From Camelus ferus (taxonomy: Eukaryota): a DNA stretch of 64,000 bases. The DNA lies in the NCBI RefSeq assembly GCF_009834535.1, contig NC_045698.1:2234001-2298000 (forward strand), written 5' to 3'. The notes under the pieces were generated by a model. The model was given only the letters and a program-made list of their open reading frames with translations, did no database searches and was not told the DNA's origin. Made by a program: the position numbers and the translations under genes. The first letter of the stretch is position 1. Each line of letters starts with the position of its first letter. Positions 27,040 through 40,211 of this stretch are shown here, in pieces.

Positions 27040-28180
27040 TGTCTATTCCCTTTATTTCTTTCATGCCGAAATTTTTATAAGATTAAATATAATCAACCAT
27101 GTTGCAGTCACTCATTTCACTTAACATTATGACAATTTGCTTCTTCATGTTGCTGCAATTTTTATGATTATCTTTTTAATATTCTAGCAAATGACTTTCT
27201 CACAATTTAGCTATTCTGCTATTACTTGCCATTTGGGTTTTTTTCTCCTGGATTTTAATTTTTAAATCATCACACAGTAAGTCTCCCTTTTGTCGGTGTG
27301 TAGATTTGTGCAAACATTATCACAATCACGATACAGAACACTCACACTGAGAACCCCCCGCGGCCCTCCATCCATTTAGACCTGTAGAGTTGTGTCTCCT
27401 CTCCACTCCAACCCGTAGCAATCCTGGCCCCATCGTCATGGTTCCACCTGCTTGAGAATGTCAGATGAATATAAACAGCGTCAAGCAGCATTTTATCTTG
27501 ACTCTGGCTTCTCTCACTTTGAGCCTCACCCGAGTTGTCTGTATGAGGAGATCCTGCCTCTTCACTGCTGAGCTGGAATCCTCAGTGTGGCTACCAGACC
27601 CAGCTAATCCACTCGCCTGGTGAAGGACACTCAGGCGTGTCCCTTGTTTGGCCATTGCAACTAGAGTTGCTATATATCTTTATGCACAGGTTTTTGTGTG
27701 AACATGAATTTTCATTTATCTGAAACAAATACCCAGGAGTGGAGTTGCTGACTCACGTGGTAAATATATAGGTAAATTTGTAAGAAAATGCCAAATTGTT
27801 TTCCAGAAAGGCTGTATCACTTTTCACTGCAATCAACAATGCACGTTCTGGTTGCTCGACATCTTCACCAGCACTTGAAAATGTCTTGATTTTTTATTCC
27901 AGCCATGTGAGAAGGTATGGAAACTCTCTCATCAAAATTTTACTTTGAATTCCCTAATGGTTAATGATATTGAACATCTTTTTATGTGCTATTTGCTTCC
28001 TTTTTGGTGAAATGTCTATCCAAATATTTTGCCCAATTTTAAATGGATTATTTTTAGTATTTTGTTTTGAAATATATATATTTCAAAATATATATATTTT
28101 TCCTTATATTTTCTGGATACAAACACATATATATGTGTGTGTGTGAATGTGTGTGTTTGTATTTTGGATACAAGCCCATT
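27040..28180 (-). mobile_element. Ancient L1 3' region fragments
   Basis: aaatacccaggagtggagttgctg...gccaaattgttttccagaaaggctgt...aatgatattgaacatcttttt. Confidence 0.8.
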
Positions 28181-28184
28181 TTTA

Positions 28185-28268
28185 TGTTTTTATTTTTTTA
28201 TTTTTATTGAAGTATAGTCAATTACAATGTCTCAATTTCTGGTCTATAGCATAATGTTTCAGTCATAC

Positions 28269-28310
<42 letters not shown>

Positions 28311-30404
28311 GTATATTTTGTTTCACATTCTTTTTCATTATAGGTCACTGCAAGATATTAAATATAGTTCCCTGTGCTGTACAGAAGACACTTATTGTTT
28401 ATCTCTTTTATATATAGGAGTCAGTATCTGCAAATCTCAACTCTCAATTTGTTTACTATGTCTGTGAGTCTGTTTCTGTTTTGTAGATAATTTCATTAGT
28501 GTCTTCTTTTTTTCTTTTTTTAGATTCCACATATGAGTGATATCATATGGTATTTTTCTTTCTCTTTCTGGCTTCCTTCACTGAAAATAACAATCTCCAG
28601 GTCCATCCATGCTGCTGCAAATGGTATTATTTTATTCCTTTTTATGGCTGAGTAGTATTCTATTGTATAAATATACCACAACTTCTTTATCCAATCATCT
28701 ATTGGTGGAAATTTAGGTTGTTTCCATGTCTTGGCTATTCTAAATAGTACTGCTATAAACATTGGGGTGCATGTATATTTTCGAATTAGAGTCCCCTCTG
28801 GATGTATGCCAAGGAGTGGGATTACTGGATCATATGGTAAGTCTATTTTTTATTTTTTGAGGAATCTCCATACTGTTTTCCATAATGGCTGCACCAAACT
28901 ACATTCCCACCAGCAGTGTAGGAGGGTTCCCTTTTCTCCACATCTTCTCCAGCATTTATTGTTTGTGGACTTTTGAATGATGGCCATTCTGACCCGTGTG
29001 AGGTGATACCTCATTGTAGTTTTGATTTGCATTTCTCTGATAATTAGGAACATTGAGCATTTTTCTTGTGCCTATTGGCCATTAGTATGTCTTCACTGGA
29101 GAATTGCTTGTTTAGGTCTTCTGCACATTTTTGGATTAGGCTTTTTTTTTTTTTTTTTTTTTTTGGTCATTAATTTGTATGAGCTGTTTATATAGTCTGG
29201 AAATTAAGCCCTAGTCAGTTGCATCATTTGAAAATATTTTCTCCCATTCTGTAGGTTGTCTTTTTGTTTTGTTTATGGTTTCCTTTGCTGTGAAAAAGCT
29301 TATATGTTTAATTAGGTCCCATTTTTTATTTTTGCTTTTATTTCTATTGCCTGGGGAGACTGCCCTAGGAGAACATTGCTGAGATGTATGTGAGATAGTG
29401 TTTTGCCTATGTTTTCTTCTAGGAGATTTATTGTGTCTTGTCTTGTGTTTAAGTCTTTAAGCCATTTTGAGTTTATTTTTGTGTTTGGTGTGAAGGAGTG
29501 TTCTTACTTCATTGATTTCAATGCTTCTGTCCAGTTTTCCCAACACTATTTGCTGAAGAGACTGTCTTCTTCTGCTCCACTGTCCATATGTCTGTTTTTG
29601 TGCCAATACCACACTGTTTTGATTCCTATAGCTTTGCAGGGTTGTCTGAATTCTGGGAAGGTTATTCCTCCAGCTTCATTTTTTTTCTTCAGTATTGCTT
29701 TGGCAATTCTGGGTCTTTTGTGAGTCCATATAAATTTTAGGATTATTTGTTCTAGTTCTGGGAAAAATGTCCTGCATAATTTGATAAGGCTCGCACTAAA
29801 TCTGTAGATTGCTTTGGGCAGCATGGCCATTTTAACAGTCTTAATTCTTCCAATCCAAGAGCATGGAGCATCTTTCCATTTGTTTAAGTCATCTTTAATT
29901 TCCTTAATCAATGCTTTATAGTTCTCTACATATAAGTCTTTCACCTCTTTGGTCAGATATATGCCTACGTATTTTATTTTTTTGGAAGCAATTTTAAAAG
30001 GGATTATTTCTTTACTTTCTTTTTCTAACATTTCATTGTTAGTGTAAAGAAATGCAGCTGATTACTGTATGTTAATCTTGTATCCTGCTACCTTGCTGAA
30101 TTCTGTTATCAGCTTTAGTAGTTTTTGTGTGGAGCCTTTAGGGTTTTCTATATATAGGATGATGTCATCTGCATATAGTGACAATTTTACCTCTCCTCTT
30201 CCAAGTTGGATCCCTGTTATTTCCCTGATTGCTGTGGCTACGACTTCTAATGCTATGTTGAATAGAAGTGGTGAGAGTGCGCATCCTTGTCCTGTTCCAA
30301 ATTTTAGTGAAGGCTTTTAACTTCTCACCATTGAGTACTATGCTGGCTGTGGGTCTGTCATAAATAGCTTTAATTATGTTGAGGTATGTTCCCTCTGTAC
30401 CCGT
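28185..30404 (-). mobile_element. Relatively young 5'-truncated LINE-1 (~2.2 kb; ORF2 C-terminus plus 3' UTR), disrupted
   Basis: Track ORFs 29546..30031 ([21 protein letters not shown]), 28850..29053 ([20 protein letters not shown]) and 28520..28762 ([18 protein letters not shown]) are L1 ORF2 motifs; (TA)n at ~28268-28306. Confidence 0.95.
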
Positions 30405-30419
30405 AAATGTCCAGTTTTA

Positions 30420-33000
30420 GACACGTGATTCAGAAGTGTGCCCCCTCAATGTGTAGCATGTATGTGGTTCTCATACCCTGCCTTTCAGAGACCAAAGGTT
30501 TTGGTTTTGGTCATTTCATTTCTATCATCTTTTCCAGTGATTGGACCCTGTTTGGTGAGTTGTTGGTGTTCCCAGTGCAGCGTGTGCTCTGTGCTCCCTC
30601 TTCAGCCCTTTAATGCCATGAGGTGATACTATCTCTCTCATCCTTGGCATCGATAATGTGCACTTTTTATCTCTTTTTTGTCAATCTAGCTAGAAGTTTA
30701 TCAATTTTACTGATTGTTTCAAAGAAGCAGCTTTCAGGTTTTTTTTTTCTTTTTCTCTGTGCTTCCGCTTTGCATTGCATGGATTTCTGTTTTGTTTTCT
30801 TGTCCTTTGCTGATTTATGCTTATTTTGTTCTTCCTTTTCTGGCTTCTCAAAAAAAGAAGCTTGGATCTTTGATTTGAAACTTTTCTTGGTTTCTCACAC
30901 ACATTGCTAATGCTATAAATTCCCCTCAAAGCACTGTTTTAAGTCCATCCCACAGATTTGATATGAAACACTTTTATTTTACTTTTGTTCAAAATGTTTC
31001 TAATGTCCTTTGATATTATTCATCCCGTGGATTATTTAGAGGTACGTTGGTTAATGTCTAAGTGTTTGGAGATTTTCTTGACATCTTTCTCTCATTGACT
31101 TCTAGTTTAATCCTGTCGTGGTCTAAAAACATGTTTTGCATGATTTCAACTTTATTGAATGAGTAAAGTCTGTTCTGTGACTAGGAACATAGACAATCTT
31201 GGTGAATGTTACACGTGCATCTGAAAAGAATGTGTACTACCTGCGGCAGTGGGCTGCTGCTCAGTCGTGGTGAGGTCCAGCTGGCGGGTGGCATTACTCT
31301 GCTCTTCCGCATTCCTGGTGAACGTCTGTGTACAAGTTGTATCTGTTACAGAGAGATGCACTGAAGTCTCCGACTATAAGTGTGTGCATTTGTCTACTTC
31401 TCCTTTCAGTTTGCAAGTTTTTGCTTCATGTTGTCAGGTGTGTACATAATTAATATTGTTACGTCTTCTTACGGGAATGCAGCCATTTATCATTCTGTAA
31501 TGTCCCCTTTAGCCCTGGCCGTTGTCTTTGCTCCACAGTCTACATCACCCGATACCACTATTGCCACTCCAACTTTCTTTCCATCAGTGTTTCATGCTGT
31601 ATCTTTCTCCATCCTTTTACTTTAAATTGCCTGTATCACCATACTTTAAGCAAGTTTGTTACAGATAGCATATAGTCAGGTCATTTTTTAAATCCATTGG
31701 GATAATCTCTGTATTTTTATGGGTATATGTGGACCATTTACATTTAAGGTAATTATTGATACATTTGAGTTTAGGTCTATCATTTCACTATCTGTTTTCT
31801 CTTTCTTCCTTTCATTTTTGTTGCTCAGTTTTCTGCCTTTGTTGGATTATTCACATTTCAGTATTCCATTCTAGTTCATCTATTGCAGTTTGACATTCTC
31901 TATCTATCTATATCTATATGTCTATTTATAAATATATGGAATGTGTGTGTAACTTGTAGAGTTTTTCTCGAGATTATAATGTGTGTACTTAACTCTCCAC
32001 AGCTTATTTAGAATCAGTATTTCACTTTAGAAGCATATAGAATACCTTCTTCCTCTGCATTGTCTTACTATATTACACCAATATGTATTGAAATCTCTAT
32101 CAGAAGATAAGTTTTGCTTTTAAGCATCAAACACATTTTGAAGATCTTAAGAGGAGAAGAGTCTATATTTACCCAGACATTTACCACTTCTGTTGTTCTT
32201 CCTTCATCTTTGTACTCAAATATTCCTTCATGTATCCTTCTCTTTTGGTTGAAGGCTTCCCTTGTAATTCTCTTGGAGTAGGTCTTTTCGCACCAATCTC
32301 TCTCATGGTTCTTCACCTGAGAATGTCTATTGTGCTTTCATTGATGAAGGCTGCTTCACTGGGTAGAACGTAAGGGTTGACCGATCTTTACCTTCAGCAC
32401 TTTAGAGATGCTCTATGTCTTCCTCCTGTCTTCATTGTTTCTGATGAAAAACCCACAGTCTTTCTGATCATCTCCCCATAGAAAATGTGTCATTTTCAAT
32501 TGGCGCTTAAAGCACTTAAAAAAATTAGCTTTTAGCATTTTTATTATTATGTGTCTTAGAGTGGATTTCTTTTGGTTTATCTTATAAAAGGTCACTTAGC
32601 TTATTCAATCTATAAATTTATACCTTTAACTAAACTTGGGAATTTTTCAACTATTATTTCTTTAAAATTTTTAAACACCAGCCTCCTGTTCTTCTTCCCT
32701 GGTTATACACGTTAGAGCTTTGGTGACTGTTCCATAGGTCCCCGCATCACAGTTTTTTTTTGTTTGTTTGTTTATTTTTAATCGAATTTCTCTTTTAAGT
32801 TTCTGTTATTTTACATTTTAGTTATAAAATTTCTATTTGGATCTTCCTCTTCGCTTCCATTTCTGTATTCAGATTCTCTATCTTCTCATTTGTTTCCATA
32901 GTAATTATGTGTTGGAGCATGGTTATACTAGTTGCTTTAAAGTCTTGGTCAAATAATTCCAACGTCTGCATCATCTTGGTGTTGGCATCGGCTGCATGTC
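30420..33000 (-). mobile_element. Ancient L1 ORF2/ORF1 fragments
   Basis: T-rich strand; ctagctagaagtttatcaatttt; INQKKSTLRHIIIKMLK is L1 ORF1-like. Confidence 0.75.
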
Positions 33001-33319
33001 TTTATACAAGAGAGCTGAATTCTCTGTCTCTTTCTATGCCAAGAAACAAACAAACAAACAAACATAAATCTGCCCTGGTGTTTCTTTGAGCTTTGCTGGA
33101 TACCAAGACATAAGTTATATGTGTAGGATTAAACTCCACAAGTGTGGCAAAGATCGACAAATAAACAGATCCAAGCATAGGAGCCATGCAACTTATTAGC
33201 AGAGTGGAGAGTCTTTGCTGATCACTCAGGGTACCATTAGTGTCCAAAGACCCTTCAAGAGGATTAATGGCCCTCAAGCAGGAAAACCACACACAAAGCC
33301 ACAATAAGACAATTCATAA

Positions 33320-35905
33320 TAAAATATATGAAATCCTGCAATGAACAGAAAATCTTAAGCTCAGGCAGAGTAAAAAAGACACACTAGATAGAGAAGAAAA
33401 ACTGTTTGTATTAGAGCAACTTTGCATGGAAAACAATTCGAGCCGGGGAAAATGGAACAGCATGCTTAAAGTGCTAAATTGTCCACGTAGAATTCCAACG
33501 TCAGCAAAAATCACTTTCAAACTAAAAAGAATAAAATATCTTGGAAGGGACATTTACCAGGGTAGTTCATACGCTGAGCTATAGAATGAGTCATTCAGCA
33601 TTTTTAAATATTGAAGTTATACAAAGTATGTTCTCTGACATGACATGACATTTCTTCTAAAATGGATGTATAGATTCAATACAACCCCCAAAACAAAACA
33701 AAACAAAACAAAAAAACTCCCAGCAGATGATTTTTATGGAAGCTGATATTCTGATTCTAAAAGGTATGTGGAAATGCAAAAAATCTGGCAGAACCAAAGC
33801 AATTTTGAAAAAAAGGAGAACAAGTTTTAAGCACTTGTCTTACTTGACTCTAAGATTTACCTTAAAGTTACAGAAATCTAGCAGTATGTAACTGGCATAG
33901 GAACAGACATATATTAATTCAACAAAAGAAAGAATTCAATTATAAGCCAATGTATGGCCAAATGATTTTTCACAACCGTGTCATGGTAATCCAATGAGGA
34001 AAGGAAGCTCTTTTATAAAAATGGTGCTGCAAAAACTGTATAGTCATAGAATTAAAAAAAAAAAAAAAAAAAGAACCATGACACTTTGCTCACACCACAC
34101 ATAAAGTTACTTCAAAACCCAGCAGACATATATAGACACAGATGTAAAAGCTAAGAATACAGACTTTCTACTTGAAAACGGAGTAGAAAGAGATTGATTT
34201 TACCTCATCATGTTCAAGAAGTTCTCAGGACACAAAAAGCATAAAACCTAGAAGAAGACTAAATGACAAAGTGGACGTCCTTGGCTGGCACTTTCTATCT
34301 GTGGTCTCCTTCCCCCAGATCCACAACCCCAGTCTGGTCGTCAAATCCCAGTTGAGGGATATTCTACAAAATATGGGACCAGCACTCCTCAAAGCTGTCA
34401 AAATTATCCGAATGAAGAAAAGTCTGAAAAACTACCACAGCCAAGAGGAGTCACGTGGTGTCCTAGGTGGGATCCTGGGACAGAAGAGCAACATTAGTGA
34501 GAAAGTAAAGAAAACTGGATGGAGTACAGAGTTCAGTTATAATATCGCATAAATATGATTTGTTAACTGTGGCAAATGTACACGCCGAAGGAAGACGTGG
34601 GCAAGTGTAAGATGTGGAGAACTAGGTGTAGGAGATACGAGAACTTCCACGCTATCTTTGCAAGCTTTCTGTGAATCTAACTCTGTTTTAAGATAAGGCA
34701 TTTGGAAAGTTAAAAAATGATAAAAATTCATCAAAATCAAAACTCTGTTCTTTTCTTATTTTTATTTTATATGTGTATGTATGTATTCATTTAAGTTATA
34801 GTCAGTTTACGATGTTGTGTCAATTTCTGGTGCAGAGCAGAATTTTTCAGTCAGACACGAATATGCGTATATTCATTTTCACATTCTTTTTCACCATGAG
34901 CTACCACAAGATCTTGTATATATTTCCCTGTGCTGTACAGTATAAACTTGTTTATCTATTCTACAAAACCCTGTTCTTTTAAAGACATGAGTGAGAAAAT
35001 TAAAAGGCACATCAGCAGTTGTGGGGAAATCTTCACAATACATGTATCTGACAGGTAACCTCTATCCACAACAGATAAAGACATGTACACATCAATAATA
35101 TGAAGACATATAGCTCAATTTTAATAAAAGGAGGGGGCTAACGATTGAACAGACATTTCACCAAAGAAGAGACAGCAATAGCCAACATGCACATGAAAAG
35201 ATGCTCAACGTCATTAGCCATTAGGAAAATGCAATTCCAAGCCATGGTGAGAACCTGCTACACACTCATCAGAATGACTAACGTTAGGAAAGACTGGCAA
35301 GGCGATGTTTCAGTGGGGCTGGAGCCTCAGCATAGCTGGTAGCGGCATGAACTGGTACAACCACCTTGCAGAACAATTTAGCGGTTTCTTATGAAGCTAA
35401 ACACTCACTTACATGTGATTCAGCAATTCTGCTCGTAGGTGTTTACCCAGAGTCCTGTGCACAGATGTTCATGGCAACTTTGACAAATGTACCTGCCCAA
35501 ACCGGAAGCAACCCAAGTATCCGTCAACAGGTGGGTGAGAGTCACAGCGCCTCTAGTCAAGGGGACACTGCTGAGCAGCTAAAATGAACAGGTGCTCATA
35601 CCCACGAGGAGAGCAAAAGAACCATTCTGAGCAGAAGAGGGCAGGTTTGAAGGTGTAATCCCAGTTACACGGGCACAAGGGGACGAAGTGCTGTCAACAG
35701 TGACAGAAAACAGCCAGTGGCTGCTGTGGCAGAGAGACAGGTGCGGGAGCCCACTGAGGACAGGACCTGGGGAATCTCTGGGACGATGGAAATTTTCTCC
35801 GTCATGACCGGGGTGTTGACTTCACCAGTGTACACCGTTTTCAAACCTCATCAAAATGTGCATTTTACTGTTTGTAAGTTATACCTCAGTAAAGTTGATT
35901 TTTAA
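33320..35905 (+). mobile_element. Ancient L1 ORF2 end/3' UTR with nested L1MC-like 3' end (~34270-34700)
   Basis: NRHFTKEE...HMKRCSTSLAIRKMQ motif at 35145; ends in ttatacctcagtaaagttgatttt. Confidence 0.8.
34755..34963 (-). mobile_element. Young L1 3' tail insertion
   Basis: 17-bp TSD caaaactctgttctttt/caaaaccctgttctttt (34738-34754, 34964-34980). Confidence 0.9.
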
Positions 35906-36354
35906 AAAATTCATAATCCAAGAAGATCAGCTCTGGAAGGAAAGTACAGAGAATGTTCTAACAGAACCCAGGGGAAACCCAGGGGGTGCTGGGAGCTGGA
36001 GTCGAGCGCACACGGTCAGCGGGCAAACGATTTAAGGATCTCCAGTGCTGAGGCTACACCAGAGAATGACTGACATGGTGATCTGTTTAGGGTACAGCTC
36101 ATAGAAACAGTGTTTCTAAGCTTGGAAAAAAGTGTAATAGGGAGCTTGGGGCAGGCACAGATCTTTTAAAAAATGAGCAGGGCAGCCTGGTGTGACTGGC
36201 TGCCTACACCGTGTACCTGGAGGGGTTCCCGTCAATGTTGCTGTCCGTTGTCCTTGGGATGGGGGAACTGGAGCTCCCCGGAGAGTGCTGAAAACTTTAA
36301 AGCACTGGTATGTTGGGGTGTTTTTAGAAACTTTGATTTGGTGTTAAGGGTAAC

Positions 36355-36483
36355 CTGATGTGAGTTGCTTCAGAAAAATCAAGATGAACTCGCAGAACCA
36401 ACTGTCAAATAACGTGACTCGTGCTTGAGAGGCGGCCTCCCCGTCAGCAGATACAGACGCGTCTGCTTTATATGTCTTCATCT
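36355..36483 (-). pseudogene. Open exon MKTYKADASVSADGEAASQARVTLFDSWFCEFILIFLKQLTS
   Basis: Acceptor ccttccaagcttgtttag|AG, donor CAG|gttacc, 129 nt, phase 1->1. Confidence 0.55.
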
Positions 36484-37117
36484 CTAAACAAGCTTGGAAG
36501 GCCTCCAAAGTTAGCATTGTTTGCACACCTGCACATGCACACACGCACCGGATGTGCACACAGAGAGCCAGGTGAGTGTGGGGTTCTGTGGTTTCTCATG
36601 TCCCCATCTCCTATCATATTTTAGGGAAATGAAAACAGCGCCAGTCCTTGGTTTGCTGGTAAAGTGTGACTTTTTGAAAACAAGAACAAGATGCTGTCTT
36701 TCTTTCTCTAAAGTTTTGCGCAAGTGGAATCATTGGAGTAAAAGGCACAGATGAAGCACGAGGGTGGAGGGAGAGAGCCCGGGAATCTGGACACCACACG
36801 GGCCTGAGCCAAGCCTCCCGCTGCCCCTCGCCCCGCAGCCCGGCCACGGGAGCCCTGCTCCTGCTGTGTGGGGGCGGGGGAAGGGCAGAAGTCCTGGAGC
36901 TGGTGGCTCTGTCCCCTACCTGGTTGCCCGTTTGGATGGCATGGAAAGTGTAGGCACTGCAAGCTGATTTTCAAGTAAAATAAAAGGTCAGGGTTAGGGC
37001 TGGGGCGCCCAGACCTGACAGCCCATGGGGCTGTGAAAGCAAGCGGTACGTGGGCACCCACCCCTCCCAAGCTCTGCACCAACTAAACATGAAACAGGTG
37101 CGTGCCTAGGGGCCTGT

Positions 37118-37265
37118 GTGCACACACACACACATACACACAGAGGGACACACACAGGTACACACACACAGGAACACACACAAACACACACAGAGACACA
37201 TATAACAGATACACACAGACACACACATACAAATACACACAAACACAGACACACACACAGACACA
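37118..37265. repeat. CA-rich low-complexity repeat
   Basis: Imperfect (CA)n. Confidence 0.9.
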
Positions 37266-38559
37266 GATCTTGGTAGAAACCAGATCTCTTTTCATCTGGA
37301 GTCATTTCCTCCCCTGAAGATCCAGCCCCTCCCCCCCGCCCCCCCCCACCAGACACCCAGAAGCTGCGCTCCGGTCACCAGGCCCATCTTGGGTTACACA
37401 CAAATGACTTCCTGCCGTTGCCTGTTTGTGGCCACCTCCTTCCTTGTCGCCATGACCTGGCTCTTCCCACTTTTTCCCCAGGACCTTGGCCAGCAAGGCC
37501 TTCCAGACCCCACCTTAAATGCAGATGTAGGCAGGGCCCACCCCGAGCCATGTGCCCTCTGCCCCCATGACCCCAGGCGTCTCATCCTCCCCTGACACTC
37601 AACTAACTGCCTCTGGACCGTACCTTTCCTGTGCTGGCCAGGAGCTTGTGAACAGCTTCCCACTGGATAACTGTACTCGGACGCCCCCATGATAGGCGAG
37701 TCCAACATCTCACAGCAGAATTCGCCTCGCCTCTCTCTCAAAAGGTGTTTCTGCCTTGCCCTACTGTCCCTGTTTTGGTGAGTGACACTGCACCCACTCA
37801 CGTCAGAAACCAGAGCAGGTCTCAGACTCTCCCTTTCACACCCCGTGGGCAGACAGTACTGACTGGTGAAGTCTGCCGAAGGCCCTCTGCGGTCCAGGCC
37901 CCTCCACTCCGTGAGGCGGGGCCGAGGGAGCCGGCCCAGCCTGGAGAGGTCCCCAGGGGTGGGCTGCACGCTCTCCGCTGATATGTTCCTGTAACGTGAT
38001 GGTTTCTACCGGATAGATCAGCAGTCCCCAGCCCAGGCCTGGCACCGCGCGGGCCTGTCATGGTCACGGTGGGATGGGGGCGTAGACGGACGTCTCCCTC
38101 CCAACGTCCAGATGCAAGCAGGGCTCTGAGCGTTTCTTGAGGGTCTGGCATGCTCCCTCTCCTGCTCTGTCCCTCTGTCTCATGTATAAGTACGAGAGAA
38201 ACGGACAAACTTGTGAACTGCGCACAGGAGTAGTGATAAGCACGTACCTACACACGCCCGTGTGGTCGCTCAGTGCTCACTTATGCACCAGCTGTTTACG
38301 GAGTGCTAACTCAAAGCAGACAAAAATATATAGAAATGTATTGCTATTGGAATTCCTTTTTGAATGTAACATTCCCTGATATCCAACCCCAAGTGTCCGT
38401 ACTGTTGCTGACAAGAGCAATCTTTACTTAGTTCAGTGGTTTAGACCCTAACCCGAGGGTCACACAGGTGAGAGCCCTGGGTCAGTCGTGGTTTTGGAAA
38501 CCAGCCCGCATCGATTAATAGTTTGAAAACACCAGGCGGAATCTTTTCAGTTAAAAATA

Positions 38560-39950
38560 CAGGAACGCATGGCCCCTCCGAGGGAGCCGTGCAGAGGCCA
38601 AATTCTCCTTCTGAGTGAGGGACTTTGGTTCTGCTCTAAAGGCGCTGAAGCGGGCCGAGCCCCGGGAGGGGCCCAGCCCCGGGACGGGCCCCGCCCTGCT
38701 CTGCCTAGCCCCGCCCCACCCCGCCCCACCCCGTCCTGCCTGGCCACGCCCCATCCCGCCCCGCCCTGCCTAGCCCCGCCCCTCCCCGCCCCACTACCCC
38801 GCTCAGCCTAGCTTAGCCCTGCCCCACCCCGCCCCACCCCGCCCAGCCTAGCCCCGCCCTGCCCCGCCCCACCCCGCCCTGCCTAGCCCCGCCCCGCCCC
38901 CTACCACCAGCCTAGCCCCGCCCCACCCCGCCCCACCCCGCCCAGCCTAGCCCCGCCCTGCCCCGCCCCACTCCGCCCTGCCTAGCCCCGCCCCATCCCG
39001 CCCCGCCCCGCCCAGCCTAGCCCCGCCCTGCCCCGCCCTCCGGGCAGAGCTCCAGCTTCCACGGCCCGCGCTCGCGCACAGGGACCGTGGTTGCGTCTGC
39101 TCTGCCCTACACGGTGCTTAATTTTTTAAAAATTCACAAAAATTATGCTCACTGTCTTGTCCTGAAAACGCAGGGAATCCAGCCAAGCTGCGCTGCCCCT
39201 CCCGCGTGGCGACAGCCGGCGGGGTGGACCGAGCTGGGGCGCTGGGCCTGCCGGGCCCGCCGGCCTCTCGCCAGCCTCCGTACATGTCTGAGCTCAGGAG
39301 CCGATCTGCCGGACCGGAAGTCGGCAGCCGCGCTCTGGGAAGGCTCGGAGGGAAGTGTGCTGGGCTTCGAGGCTCGTGGGCTCCCGGGGGCGGGCCGTCA
39401 GCTCTCCGCCCGCCGCTGTAAAGCCGCCTGGGCAGAGGCCGGGCGCGCGGGGCTGAGTGCGGCTGCCGTGCTGCACGGCGCCGTCCTCGCGGGCCCTGAA
39501 AACTGGCCCTCCTGTGATTTTCACGCGTCACAAAGTCTTCTTTCATGTTTTATTCAACTAATTTTAAAAATGTAAGAGGTATTCATAGTTCCGAGGCCTG
39601 AAAGGGGTGGGCCACGTTTGACCCGTGGGCGTGCGTGGTCAACACTGCACCAGGGCACAGACTTTGAAATCTGGACAAAACTACCTTCAAACCTGCCGTT
39701 TGCAGGCAACAGTCCACGTGCCTCAGACGTAACAACGATGTCAGCCCTGGGCTCACTGGATCCCAGCTGTAGGCAGCTCGGTTCCAAACCGCAGACTCAC
39801 GCAGACGAGACCAGAGGGGAGACTGCAAGGGAAGACGTGGCCTCGCTGGCGATTCGGCCTGGGCGGCGCGCCTGCCGCAGGCTCCCCGGCGCGGGTGGGG
39901 GAGGTGGGAGGAGGCTGATGGTGCTGGGCTGAGAAGAGGGCGGGTGAGGG
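38560..39950. promoter_or_regulatory. CpG island promoter-like region with ETS/GABP-type site CCGGAAGT (39314-39321) and many GC boxes
   Basis: High GC and CpG density, ETS consensus, CCCCGCCC arrays. Confidence 0.75.
38690..39040. repeat. C-rich minisatellite (gcctagccccgccccaccccgccc-type units)
   Basis: Directly visible tandem, imperfect CCTAGCCCCGCCC / CCCCACCCCG units. Confidence 0.9.
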
Positions 39951-40050
39951 GGCACGAGGAAACAAGACTCGTCCCGTGACGGGACTGGGAAGCCGGCTCT
40001 CCCGTTCAACCCAGAACCTTTCTGCAGCAATTACGAGAATGCAGCCTTAC

Positions 40051-40211
40051 AAGATTGACTGGGAAACTGCGACAACCTCATTCGTTCTGGTCTCTTCTAG
40101 CAAGATAGCAATTAAAAGACCATCTTTAATGAGCAGCTCCCAAGGAGTGGCCCTTAATTACGGTCCGGGCTTTGGCAGGCTTAATTGTACGCACTTCTGG
40201 TTTCTGTTCAT
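40051..40211 (-). pseudogene. Pseudo-exon NQKCVQLSLPKPGP*LRATPWELLIKDGLLIAILLEE...
   Basis: Donor CTT|gtaagg, weak aag acceptor, one in-frame stop. Confidence 0.4.

Noticed and set aside
28520..30031. Protein-coding gene from three minus-strand ORFs
   Set aside because: These are fragments of L1 ORF2 from a 5'-truncated, disrupted copy.
38690..39040. CRISPR-like array (also considered for 58415-58489)
   Set aside because: There are no unique spacers, and this is a eukaryotic tandem repeat.
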